Below are positions 20,215 through 29,497 of a DNA stretch of 64,000 bases, one piece after another. The position numbers and the translations under genes were made by a program. The first letter of the stretch is position 1. The number at the start of each line of letters is the position of its first letter. Below the pieces are notes generated by a model. The model was not told the DNA's origin and did not search any database. It saw nothing but the letters and a program-made list of their open reading frames with translations. Origin of the DNA: a virus (Duplodnaviria > Caudoviricetes); the IMG/VR virus record IMGVR_UViG_3300044551_000092, positions 142,291 to 206,290 of that record; one strand, given 5' to 3'.

Positions 20215-20617
20215 TTTACTTCAGATTCGCAAAGAACTTAGTTCTCAAATGAGCTTAGAAGGCATAACCCATCATATTTTTCTGAGAAGTCTTTTTGCAA
20301 CTGATAATAGTCACAATAGGCAGGAACCCACTTGTAAAATCGAAGAGTCCGTAATCAGGGACGATTTTAAACTTGTAAATGAACTGTTAAACAAAAAAAT
20401 TTATTTCTATTCAAGAAAACAATTACTTGGATTTTTAGCTGACCAGGAAAAAGCGCAAGCTAACAACTATGAGAATAGGCCGATCTTTACCTGTTTCCAA
20501 AAACTTATGCCTTGTAAATTGGTTAATATTATTTTTTGGGTTAACGGGTACAAGGATGATAAAACAATCGTTACGACCGGGAGTGCCGCGCATGGCATCC
20601 ATGATATCGTGAGGTGA
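20180..20617 (+). CDS. Hypothetical protein with MELI-type N-terminal tag
   Basis: TTG start, RBS GAGGGAG, MELIRSYLNR. Confidence 0.6.
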   Translation: MELIRSYLNRLDLLQIRKELSSQMSLEGITHHIFLRSLFATDNSHNRQEPTCKIEESVIRDDFKLVNELLNKKIYFYSRKQLLGFLADQEKAQANNYENRPIFTCFQKLMPCKLVNIIFWVNGYKDDKTIVTTGSAAHGIHDIVR

Positions 20618-20622
20618 TTAAA

Positions 20623-20955
20623 ATGGAGCTTATTCAGTACTATGTTAATCGAAATTACTTAATTAACACTCGAAATCAAATGCAAGAGAAGATAAAAAAG
20701 TTTATAACCGGGCATTGCCCCATTATTGAATACGATATTGGACTACTGACAGAAATTCTAAAGAATGATGATAAACGTATTCATTGGTCTACGAAACGAC
20801 TACAGCATTATCTAAAAGTTCAAGAAGCCATTCAGATCAAAAAAAATAAAAAAATTCGTCACCCTCTCACATATTTTCAGGATGGAGATCAAAAATCTAG
20901 TAAAAAAGAGTATCCAGTGATAATGATGGGGGGTAATCTCTATCGAGCTCATTAA
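20623..20955 (+). CDS. Hypothetical protein with MELI-type tag, paralogue of the upstream gene
   Basis: RBS GAGGTG then ATG 20623, MELIQYYVNR. Confidence 0.6.
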   Translation: MELIQYYVNRNYLINTRNQMQEKIKKFITGHCPIIEYDIGLLTEILKNDDKRIHWSTKRLQHYLKVQEAIQIKKNKKIRHPLTYFQDGDQKSSKKEYPVIMMGGNLYRAH

Positions 20956-21181
20956 TGCTTACTTACTAAGAAATGAAATTCTTTCTTGGGAAAGTATGTA
21001 TAATAATTTAAGTAAAAGATTGATTCTACAGCATTATTTAGAGCTATCCGCCTCTGGAATGGACGCTCTTTTTAATCATTATAAAATAGCTAAAGTATTA
21101 AAAGTTTGGGAAAACGAAACAACGATTTCCTGGTTTTATCAGCACTTGAAAATGATTTTACTCGAATATAAAGAGTCATGA
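20942..21181 (+). CDS. Hypothetical protein with MELI-type tag, apparent ATC start
   Basis: Track ORF 20996 is open 18 codons upstream to ATC GAG CTC ATT AAT GCT TAC TTA CTA AGA (IELINAYLLR), preceded by GGGGGG. Confidence 0.5.
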   Translation: MELINAYLLRNEILSWESMYNNLSKRLILQHYLELSASGMDALFNHYKIAKVLKVWENETTISWFYQHLKMILLEYKES

Positions 21182-21238
21182 TATAATAAAAGTTGGATAT
21201 AGAGAACCTCTGACTATTAGATTAGGAGGTTTTCTTTC

Positions 21239-22147
21239 ATGAAATCGTGTGTATTTAGCTTTGATGAAACGAAAGCAGAAGAAATCAAGCAGCTTGCACT
21301 TGGCCAAGATTATATTGATTGGGGTTTGCATACAATCATGGCGCCAGTGGCTTGGAAAACAACGAAAGGTAATGGAGTTAAAGTGGCAGTGCTTGATACC
21401 GGCGTGGATCAGACACATCCTGATCTGGAGGCCAACATTGCCGCAGTGGTTGATTTTACAGGATCACCTTCTGGCACAAATGATATTCAAGGCCATGGCA
21501 CCCATTGTGCTGGAATTATTGCAGGGACCGATACGGGAACCGGAATTGTCGGTGTCGCGCCACAGGTTAAATTATATTGTGGGAAAGTCCTTGGAGACAA
21601 TGGAACCGGATCAATAGAGAACATCGTCAAGGGGTTGCAGTGGGCAATACAGGAAAATGTCGATGTCATCAGTATGAGTCTCGGCACTACTCAACAACCT
21701 CCAGAAAAACTTCACGAATCCATTTTACAGGCTATTACAAAGGGCATTACCATTGTAGCGGCGACTGGGAATAATAATGGACCTGTAGGATGGCCGGCAC
21801 TTTACGATGAAGTCATTGCTGTGAGTGCTCTAAATGAAGACTATGATCGGGCAGATTTTTCAAATTATGGGATAAAAAATGAGATCATTGCCCCGGGTGT
21901 TGATATCCTATCGACATATAAAAATCACACCTATGCTCGCTTATCGGGGACATCGATGGCCACGCCAATTATTTCAGCCTCCGCCGCTTTGTATATTTCC
22001 CGCTTTAAAGAGCTGAATGATCAGCGGCCAAGCGTTCAACAAATTCACACGGCACTGGACCGGGCAACTGTTGATCTCGGCGGGGCAGGAAAAGATGAAT
22101 ACTATGGTTTTGGCCTCATAAATTTAGCTAAACTTTTTAAAAATTAA
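21239..22147 (+). CDS. Subtilisin-like S8 serine protease without signal peptide
   Basis: Catalytic triad motifs VAVLDTG, GHGTHCAG, SGTSMATP. Confidence 0.92.
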   Translation: MKSCVFSFDETKAEEIKQLALGQDYIDWGLHTIMAPVAWKTTKGNGVKVAVLDTGVDQTHPDLEANIAAVVDFTGSPSGTNDIQGHGTHCAGIIAGTDTGTGIVGVAPQVKLYCGKVLGDNGTGSIENIVKGLQWAIQENVDVISMSLGTTQQPPEKLHESILQAITKGITIVAATGNNNGPVGWPALYDEVIAVSALNEDYDRADFSNYGIKNEIIAPGVDILSTYKNHTYARLSGTSMATPIISASAALYISRFKELNDQRPSVQQIHTALDRATVDLGGAGKDEYYGFGLINLAKLFKN

Positions 22148-22198
22148 TTAATACTATAGTTTCAGGCAAATTGGCTTATATTTAGTAAAAATATGGTG

Positions 22199-22225
22199 AC
22201 AGAGGGAAATTACCTCTGTTTTTTT
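22199..22225 (+). terminator. Rho-independent terminator
   Basis: ACAGAGG-gaaatta-CCTCTGT followed by a T run. Confidence 0.7.
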
Positions 22226-22377
22226 CCTATTTATCGTATATAATGAATTTATGAAACGAAACACAATCCGAACACAAGAAAGTGTGGCGATAACATTGTC
22301 TAAAAAAATGATTCATCTCGTCGAGGATGCAGGATGGGAGATCGATAAAAAAGAATTAGAGGAGGCTGTCAAAACCA

Positions 22378-22833
22378 ATGCCAAGAACAAATATCGGGGC
22401 AAGAATAAAGAAGAAAAACAACAATCTCAAGATAATAACAAATAATAAACCTGTTCTAATTAAAACAGACAAAAGTAACGGATTAAGTCGAATAACGATG
22501 ACATTGGAGCCTGAAAAATTCGAAGAATTTAGTTCTGATTATCGCTTAACTTTCGATGAGTATTGCGATGCTATTGATAAGGCTGCTTCAGAAGAGTTTG
22601 ATGACTGGTCAGAACTTCGTCTTAGAGATCAAATTGCTATGAGTCAAGATGCACTCATTACGAAAACAATGATTAAATACGCGAAAACAGAAGAAAACCT
22701 AGACCTTTCTAAATTCAATGGCAACAACTTGGAATACATCAAGCGTTATGATACGGAAGGAACCTTTATCGGCGAGGCCATTCGACTAACGCTTTTATCC
22801 ATTGATCAAAATAATATACAGGTAACTAAATGA
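22378..22833 (+). CDS. Hypothetical protein
   Basis: RBS GAGGAGG; ATGA overlap with next gene. Confidence 0.55.
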   Translation: MPRTNIGARIKKKNNNLKIITNNKPVLIKTDKSNGLSRITMTLEPEKFEEFSSDYRLTFDEYCDAIDKAASEEFDDWSELRLRDQIAMSQDALITKTMIKYAKTEENLDLSKFNGNNLEYIKRYDTEGTFIGEAIRLTLLSIDQNNIQVTK

Positions 22834-23426
22834 CTCCATTAAAATTGCCGATGATGATGTATGGGAGATTCCGTCACGTTCGGGTAAAACATGACAAAGA
22901 AGGGCACACAGTCTATCTTAAAAATACCGCAGGAGAAATTCGTTTAACACCCAAAGGTAAAAAAATACCTGTTAAAGAAAAAGTATGGATCAACCATGTA
23001 CGTGGAAAAAGTAATGGAATCTATCCTTCGGTAAATCACATTTATAAGCGAATCGCTCATGGTAGACAGCAGTTAAACCAGCCGGCTCTTGATCTGTTAG
23101 AAACATGGAAAGCGCTTGCTTACGAATGGGCTCAAGAAACCCATTGGGATCATTCATATAATGGAAAAGTCGTTGTAGAATTAACAGCCTATTTTCCAAA
23201 TGACTTAAAAAAGAGAGACACTAATAACGTATTTAAACTATTAATGGATGCTCTGGAGGGACCAATCTATCCAAACGATGTTAATGCATTGCCGCGTGTC
23301 CTGGATTTTCACACAGTTGAAGAAGAAGAACCTTACTTCATTCTCAATATCTATCGTAAGGAGGATGAAGCTATTGTCATGCGTGAACGACACCGAAGCC
23401 TGTATAGCCCTTTATCAAAAGTATAA
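22830..23426 (+). CDS. rusA: RusA-family Holliday junction resolvase
   Basis: PSVN N-terminal motif and RDTNNVFKLLMDALEG..YPND signature. Confidence 0.75.
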   Translation: MTPLKLPMMMYGRFRHVRVKHDKEGHTVYLKNTAGEIRLTPKGKKIPVKEKVWINHVRGKSNGIYPSVNHIYKRIAHGRQQLNQPALDLLETWKALAYEWAQETHWDHSYNGKVVVELTAYFPNDLKKRDTNNVFKLLMDALEGPIYPNDVNALPRVLDFHTVEEEEPYFILNIYRKEDEAIVMRERHRSLYSPLSKV

Positions 23427-24156
23427 GCAATCACAGCCGCTTATAAATTGTTTTGAATTGATGTTTAAGAAATATACGATTCTTTTTAAGGATAAAATCA
23501 TTGATTTTCATGATTATAACCAACGCTTTTTTATCAGTTTTTATCTAAAAGAAAAAAAGGATCGATCAAATTTTAGAAAAGGCAGTTACCATGCTAAAGA
23601 ACTTGTCAGGAAAGCATACAGGGTATTGGATCTAATACGCCCAGCTTTTGAAGGGGTCGCAAATATCTATGGTGAATTAATTATTCCATTTCTACAATGC
23701 GCAGAACATTATAAAATCAAGTCATCTTTTCAAAACTATATCTACATTGCTTATAAATACTATTTAAAACGGCATATAGATCAGTTAATCAAAAGTTATT
23801 TATCTTTTCATACACGAAATCTTCCAATGGCTCAAGAAAATATTATCAAATTAGAGGAATCGCTTAAAATTTATCCTCAATCAACATTGCAATTAGATCT
23901 GGACAATGATCTTGCCTTAACTCATCCAGATTGGATCAATGGGAAACTAGCTCAATATCCGTTTAATCAACTAAATAGTCTGGAACGGCGAATTTTAGTA
24001 GAAACCTATACAAATACCGAGGCCAAGACAGATCGCGATATCGCAATAATTGTTGGCTATCACCCCAAATCAATCAGTCGAATTAGAAAAAAAGTAATCC
24101 ACAAAATTATTCATTATCTTCAGGAGGCCAAATTATGGCAACAGCAGCCGGCATAA
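23374..24156 (+). CDS. Phage sigma-70-like transcription factor
   Basis: Region-2-like SSFQNYIY and region-4 HTH LNSLERRILVETY..TDRDIAIIVGYHPKSISRIRKK; RBS AAGGAGG before TTG 23374. Confidence 0.65.
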   Translation: MSCVNDTEACIALYQKYKQSQPLINCFELMFKKYTILFKDKIIDFHDYNQRFFISFYLKEKKDRSNFRKGSYHAKELVRKAYRVLDLIRPAFEGVANIYGELIIPFLQCAEHYKIKSSFQNYIYIAYKYYLKRHIDQLIKSYLSFHTRNLPMAQENIIKLEESLKIYPQSTLQLDLDNDLALTHPDWINGKLAQYPFNQLNSLERRILVETYTNTEAKTDRDIAIIVGYHPKSISRIRKKVIHKIIHYLQEAKLWQQQPA

Positions 24157-24359
24157 TGACTATCAGTAGAGATTCAGAGGATTTACTCTTCACTGTCCAT
24201 AGATTTGAGAAACTAATGGAGATTGAGCCCCACGATTCATTTGTCAAGATTGATACCGTGTGCTATCCACACCGATTATTTGAAAAAATTATCCTAATGA
24301 ATAAAAGACAAATTAATGAAGTCTTAGATAATAAGGCCCTATGCACTGAAGCTCAATAA
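24135..24359 (+). CDS. Hypothetical protein
   Basis: RBS AGGAGG. Confidence 0.5.
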   Translation: MATAAGIMTISRDSEDLLFTVHRFEKLMEIEPHDSFVKIDTVCYPHRLFEKIILMNKRQINEVLDNKALCTEAQ

Positions 24360-24482
24360 ACCAACTAAATTATTTATATATAAATTCATAATATTTTGCC
24401 TATTATCTATTGTTTTTAAGAAAATATTAGATATAATAAAAGTAGTAGTAACACAGATGTAACACAAAAATGGGGCAATTTC

Positions 24483-25325
24483 ATGGGGACATTTGACGAT
24501 CAGATTAACCATTATTTGATCGAAAAACAATATCACAGTACCAGGCCGATGCGGAATATTATTCATCCATCTTGCATTGGAATGTGTCAGCGACGTATTG
24601 TATTCGACATGATGATGGTTCCAAAAGAAATGCAAAAAGTACAGGTCCTAAAAATTTTCGAGAACGGTACCCGGATGCATACCTGCTATCAAACATGGTT
24701 AGAAAAAATCGGCATTTTGGTTGAAGCAGAACGTAAACTCGATAAAGGCGCCATTTCAGGACATTGTGATGCGATCGTCAAGACGTATCCATTCACATGT
24801 CCAAAGGGACAAGAGACCATTATTGAATTTAAAAGTGCTGCAAATGATAGCTTTAATTGGATGCAGAAGAAGAAAAAGCCGAAAACAGAGCATTATCTAC
24901 AAATTATGTTCTACATGTATCTTAGCGGCATTCATCAAGGGATTATTTTTGTAGAAAATAAAGATTCACAAGAGACATTAGAATTTCCAATAACGTATCG
25001 TCCTGAAACCGGAAAGCAACTTTATGATCGGGCCAATTACTTAATCGACTTAGCCAAAAAGCGAAAGCTTCCGGATCGTCCTCAGAAATATGTACCCAGC
25101 TGTTATAAGTGTTCTATCTGTGATTATGCTTTTTATTGTCACAATCAAAGCATCAAGCGAAACGGAGAGGTTCGCTACCCCATACCTTTCCGTTTCGGGA
25201 CTCCCGCTTACATTCATGCTCTTGAAATCATCGATGCCGTTAATAATCATAAGCCCATCCCAGATGTCATCAAGGGAAACACTTTAGGAGACTTATACAG
25301 CGAAACGGCAGCAATGAATCAATAA
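24483..25325 (+). CDS. Cas4-like PD-(D/E)XK exonuclease
   Basis: HPS..GMC.R, G...H, SGHCDA, IIEFKS, Q..FY, C..C..C..C. Confidence 0.8.
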   Translation: MGTFDDQINHYLIEKQYHSTRPMRNIIHPSCIGMCQRRIVFDMMMVPKEMQKVQVLKIFENGTRMHTCYQTWLEKIGILVEAERKLDKGAISGHCDAIVKTYPFTCPKGQETIIEFKSAANDSFNWMQKKKKPKTEHYLQIMFYMYLSGIHQGIIFVENKDSQETLEFPITYRPETGKQLYDRANYLIDLAKKRKLPDRPQKYVPSCYKCSICDYAFYCHNQSIKRNGEVRYPIPFRFGTPAYIHALEIIDAVNNHKPIPDVIKGNTLGDLYSETAAMNQ

Positions 25326-25348
25326 TCTAATGATTAGAGGGATCATGA

Positions 25349-25600
25349 ATGTTTCAACGTGTTGATGTTGGCTATAATAACTTTGTTTTCTGTGAAAAGA
25401 TTATCGGTGTAGGAAATCCAAACTCATCTCCGATGAATCGTTTAATAAAATGGGCTAAAGAAAACCATCGTCTTGCGGATTTTACGCAGGGTAGAAAAAC
25501 ACGATCAGTCATTGTCGCAGAAGCAGAATTTGGTGTTTATTACATTCTATCCGCGCTCAGCACCATTGCTTTTAATAGCAGAATGGATAAGATCAAATAA
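25349..25600 (+). CDS. remA: RemA (DUF370) family regulator homologue
   Basis: VGYNNFV..II.V.NPNSSPMNRLI..AKE...L.D.T.GRKTRSVIV matches the RemA/YlzA pattern. Confidence 0.8.
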   Translation: MFQRVDVGYNNFVFCEKIIGVGNPNSSPMNRLIKWAKENHRLADFTQGRKTRSVIVAEAEFGVYYILSALSTIAFNSRMDKIK

Positions 25601-25619
25601 GTCGATAGAGGAGGCCATT

Positions 25620-28600
25620 ATGGAGGGGGATCAAGAACCTATCGTCCATTTACACGTTCACAGCGAAAACAGCTTATTGGACGGCTTATCAAAAATAGAT
25701 GAACTGATTACACGAGCAAAAGAAATCGGCAGCCCCGCATTAGCATTAACCGACCATGGAACGTGTGCTGGAATTCCAAGCTTTATTCGTAGTTGTAAAA
25801 AAGCTGGAATTAAACCCATTCCTGGCTGCGAAGCCTATATGACAAAGAATCGTCTCGTTAAAAGCGAACAGCTTTCAGACATGCGAACTAATCTTTGTTT
25901 GAAATATCATATTTTAAACACAAGTAAAAAGCCTGATATGAAACGTTTAGGGAAGTTTCTTCGCGGGATGTTGAAAAACCCATCCACGTTTAAAGAACAG
26001 GCTGATGATTTATTAAAAGACTACTATATGCAAAATACGGTAGATCTTTTCAGCATTTTTGACGCACAACCAACGAAGCAACAAATGCAGGCTAATTTCC
26101 TGCACGACATAAATAACTACCTGGACTTTGAGACCTATCATTTGCTATTAATCCCTATCGATAATGCAGGCCTGGCTGACCTGTACGAAATTGTATCGGA
26201 TGCACACATTAATGGTTTTTACGGCAAGCCACGTACGGATCTGCAAATTATACAAGAAAAAGGTTTAGGCAAACACATGATAGCAACGTCAACTTGTCTG
26301 GGTGGTTATTTTTCTCATTTGTGCTTGGCAGGGCGAATTGAACAAGCTAAGAAATATATTAAAAAATGCAAAAATATTTTTTACGGTTATTATCTAGAAA
26401 AACAGGCTTCGCAACTTCCAAAACAAATTCAATTAAATGCAATTATAGATCAACTGGCAGTTGAAACACATACGCCAAAAATCGTAACTTGCGATGTGCA
26501 CTTTGCTCGAAAAGAAGATCATGATACACAAGATGCCTTAATTTGCATGTCAATCAACAAATGCCTGAACGACCCCGATCGCTATCATTACGCTCCGGAT
26601 TACTATTTAAAAACGGCCGGCGAGATTCGCCAACAAGTGAATGACGACGAAGCAATCGCCAATACACTTGAAATTGCCAAACAAGTAAATGTGTCTGAGC
26701 CTAAAAAGCCACTGTTTCCAAAAATGCAGGTAGCGAAGGGGGCCACAGCAGAAGCATTACTTCGGCATCAAGCCTGGCAGAATCTTTTTCAAATGTGCCT
26801 CAAGCATTCAGAGTGGAATATAGAAAGCTATTCTCAACGATTAGCATATGAGCTGAATGTGATCTGTAAGATGCAATTTGCTGACTATTTCTTAATTGAG
26901 TCAGACATGATCAATGCGGCAAATGATGCTGGTTATCTAACGGGGCCGGGACGTGGATCGGGTGCCGGCTCACTGACTTGCTATGTAATGGGGATTACTA
27001 AAGTTGATCCACTCAAATATGGGTTGCTGTTTGAACGATTTCTAAATCCTGAACGGGCCGGGTATCCTGACATAGATGTCGATTACAGCTACTCAGCTGC
27101 TCGATGGACGCAAAATTATCTAAAAAAAACATATGGAAATGATCGAGTCGCTCAAATTGGAACGACGGGGACGATGGCAGCACGTCAAGTTATTCGCGCC
27201 GTAGGGAAAGTGCTTGGTTATGATCTGGACACACAGGATCGATTTGCCAAGGCGATTCCCGACGCCCCACATACCAAACTTGCTGGCGCCTACGAGACTG
27301 AAGAAACGGTGAGAGCGATGGCCAGCCGTTATCCTAAGTGGTGGGACCTGGCAAAAAAGTTAGAGGGCCACGCAAAGAGCCTCGGCGTCCATGCTTCAGG
27401 AATTGTTCTATCACCAGTAAAAATCGACCGTGTCGTTCCGCTTAGGCGGGATAAAGAGGGGCTTGAAACAACCCAATTTGATATGGAACATATTGAAGAT
27501 TACTTAGTCAAATTTGATTTGCTTAAATTAGATACGTTGGATCTCATCCAAAACACGTTAAACAATGCCGGAATAAACGGAAAAATTAACATTAATGAAC
27601 TGGATTTAGAAGATCCACGTGTTTATAAAGAAATCTATCAAGCCAATAATCTAGCTGGTATCTTTCAATGTGAATCTAAACTGTTTCAAGATATTATACG
27701 TGTTATTCAACCAACAAACTTCAATGATTTAAGCGTACTTGTTGCTTTGGGGCGACCAGGGCCGCTAGATTTTGTTGAATCCTATGCTAATCGAAAACAT
27801 CGAAAGGAAGAAGAACAATATTCTTTTCCCGAATTAAAACCTGTACTTAAAGAAACCTACGGGATTTTAGTTTATCAGGAACAGGTAATGGCAATGTCTC
27901 GTATTTTAGGCGGATTGACGCTTGGCCAAAGTGACATGATTCGAAAGGGCATCGGGAAGAAAATACCGGATCTTCTGAACCGTTGGCTTGATCTCATGAT
28001 CTACGGCAGTAAAAAGTATAAGATGCAACATCAACAGCTGGTGAAGCAATTTCCAAAAAAGGATATGATCCCTTTAAGTGAAGAAGGCAAGCCTTCATTC
28101 TGGGTCGATTATGATTATAAAAATGTCCCCGAAGTACAGGGGGCTGTCAACCGGGGCTTTAATCTGGAAAAACTGCTTGTCTTAAAAGAGCAATGGATTA
28201 AGTTCGGCAATTATTGTTTTAATAAAAGCCATAGCGTGTGTTACGGTATGATCTCATTTATCACGGCTTGGCTAAAATGTTACTATCCGGTAGAATTTAT
28301 GGCCGCACTGCTCACTCAATCCGAAAATAAAAAAGACAAGAAGAAGCAACCAAAAAACGTGGTTTATATTCAAGAATGTGAAAAAATGGGTATTCTTGTT
28401 CTACCTCCTAACATTAAACTATCAGAACGAAAATGGACGCCAATTCACAAAGACGGGAAAAGCTATATTCTCATGGGGCTTTCCGGTATAGCCGGCATTA
28501 AAGAAGAAACGGTTGAAGAAATCAAAAGCTATGATCTGTCTAAAGTTAAGACGTTTGAACAGTTCCTTTGGTGTATCAACCAATATAAAACTGAACACAA

Positions 28601-29099
28601 GAAAAGCAGACTGAATAAAACGATCGTCATGACTTTGATTAAGTCTGGTGCCCTCGATTGTCTTAGCAGGAATCGCAATAAAATGTTGAAACAATATGCA
28701 GAAGCGCAAGGCAGAGAAGTACCGAAACTGCCGGCCAACACTTCTAAAAAAACAATCATTCAATTTGAGAGGGAAACCATCGGTATGAGTTTAACTTACA
28801 AGTCACGCTGGTCGCAGCTACCACCGGACACGCAAAACATTCAATTTACCGGCTTTATTATTGAAATTAAACCCTTTAAGGCCAAAAGGGATCAAAAAGA
28901 ACATTGCCGTTTAATCATTGAAACACAGGAAGATGAAATCAACTGTCTCGTATTTAATCGTACTTGGAAGCAGTATGAAAAACAACTTGTGGTTGGCAAT
29001 AAAGTCACTTTTGTTGGCAATAAATCAGACGATACATTTCTAGTCAATCAAATAAAAGTACACTCGCCAGACGAGACAGACTTCTATCAGGAGGCGTGA
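25620..29099 (+). CDS. dnaE: DNA polymerase III alpha subunit (DnaE type)
   Basis: HLHVHSENSLLDG (PHP), GPGRGSGAGS, FERFLNPER..PDIDVD, KFDLL, FNKSHS, C-terminal OB fold; RBS GAGGAGG before ATG 25620. Confidence 0.95.
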   Translation: MEGDQEPIVHLHVHSENSLLDGLSKIDELITRAKEIGSPALALTDHGTCAGIPSFIRSCKKAGIKPIPGCEAYMTKNRLVKSEQLSDMRTNLCLKYHILNTSKKPDMKRLGKFLRGMLKNPSTFKEQADDLLKDYYMQNTVDLFSIFDAQPTKQQMQANFLHDINNYLDFETYHLLLIPIDNAGLADLYEIVSDAHINGFYGKPRTDLQIIQEKGLGKHMIATSTCLGGYFSHLCLAGRIEQAKKYIKKCKNIFYGYYLEKQASQLPKQIQLNAIIDQLAVETHTPKIVTCDVHFARKEDHDTQDALICMSINKCLNDPDRYHYAPDYYLKTAGEIRQQVNDDEAIANTLEIAKQVNVSEPKKPLFPKMQVAKGATAEALLRHQAWQNLFQMCLKHSEWNIESYSQRLAYELNVICKMQFADYFLIESDMINAANDAGYLTGPGRGSGAGSLTCYVMGITKVDPLKYGLLFERFLNPERAGYPDIDVDYSYSAARWTQNYLKKTYGNDRVAQIGTTGTMAARQVIRAVGKVLGYDLDTQDRFAKAIPDAPHTKLAGAYETEETVRAMASRYPKWWDLAKKLEGHAKSLGVHASGIVLSPVKIDRVVPLRRDKEGLETTQFDMEHIEDYLVKFDLLKLDTLDLIQNTLNNAGINGKININELDLEDPRVYKEIYQANNLAGIFQCESKLFQDIIRVIQPTNFNDLSVLVALGRPGPLDFVESYANRKHRKEEEQYSFPELKPVLKETYGILVYQEQVMAMSRILGGLTLGQSDMIRKGIGKKIPDLLNRWLDLMIYGSKKYKMQHQQLVKQFPKKDMIPLSEEGKPSFWVDYDYKNVPEVQGAVNRGFNLEKLLVLKEQWIKFGNYCFNKSHSVCYGMISFITAWLKCYYPVEFMAALLTQSENKKDKKKQPKNVVYIQECEKMGILVLPPNIKLSERKWTPIHKDGKSYILMGLSGIAGIKEETVEEIKSYDLSKVKTFEQFLWCINQYKTEHKKSRLNKTIVMTLIKSGALDCLSRNRNKMLKQYAEAQGREVPKLPANTSKKTIIQFERETIGMSLTYKSRWSQLPPDTQNIQFTGFIIEIKPFKAKRDQKEHCRLIIETQEDEINCLVFNRTWKQYEKQLVVGNKVTFVGNKSDDTFLVNQIKVHSPDETDFYQEA

Positions 29100-29101
29100 G
29101 G

Positions 29102-29470
29102 ATGGAACTGATCAGCGCCTATCTTATGCGTAAAAAAAGCCGTACTGCTGTATTTCATATGACAGTTAATGGAAAAAACATTATCAGTCGTTTAGTGGAA
29201 ATCCAAATCATGCCGACAGTATCTCCTATGTATGGAATAGGTGACATCAATCCAATCGCAAATTCACTAAATGCCTATGAATATGAGTTTAAATTAATAG
29301 ACATTGACAAGACAGATTTGGTACTTATTACACAAGCTTATCAAAATTTAGAACTTGTAGACGTATTCTTAAACTTACCGAAGAGAGGAAAAGAAAAGTC
29401 ACTCAAAGGCACTATCACAGATATATCTAGTTTAGATAATGACGAAATTATCTTAACCCTTCGAGTGTAA
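29102..29470 (+). CDS. Hypothetical protein with MELI-type N-terminal tag
   Basis: RBS AGGAGG, MELISAYLMR. Confidence 0.6.
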   Translation: MELISAYLMRKKSRTAVFHMTVNGKNIISRLVEIQIMPTVSPMYGIGDINPIANSLNAYEYEFKLIDIDKTDLVLITQAYQNLELVDVFLNLPKRGKEKSLKGTITDISSLDNDEIILTLRV

Positions 29471-29497
29471 ACCCATAAAGAGGAGTGTTCATTCATC

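Noticed and set aside
25620-29099. Intein or intron in dnaE
   Set aside because: The ORF is continuous and the insertions lack intein C/S...HN termini and endonuclease motifs.
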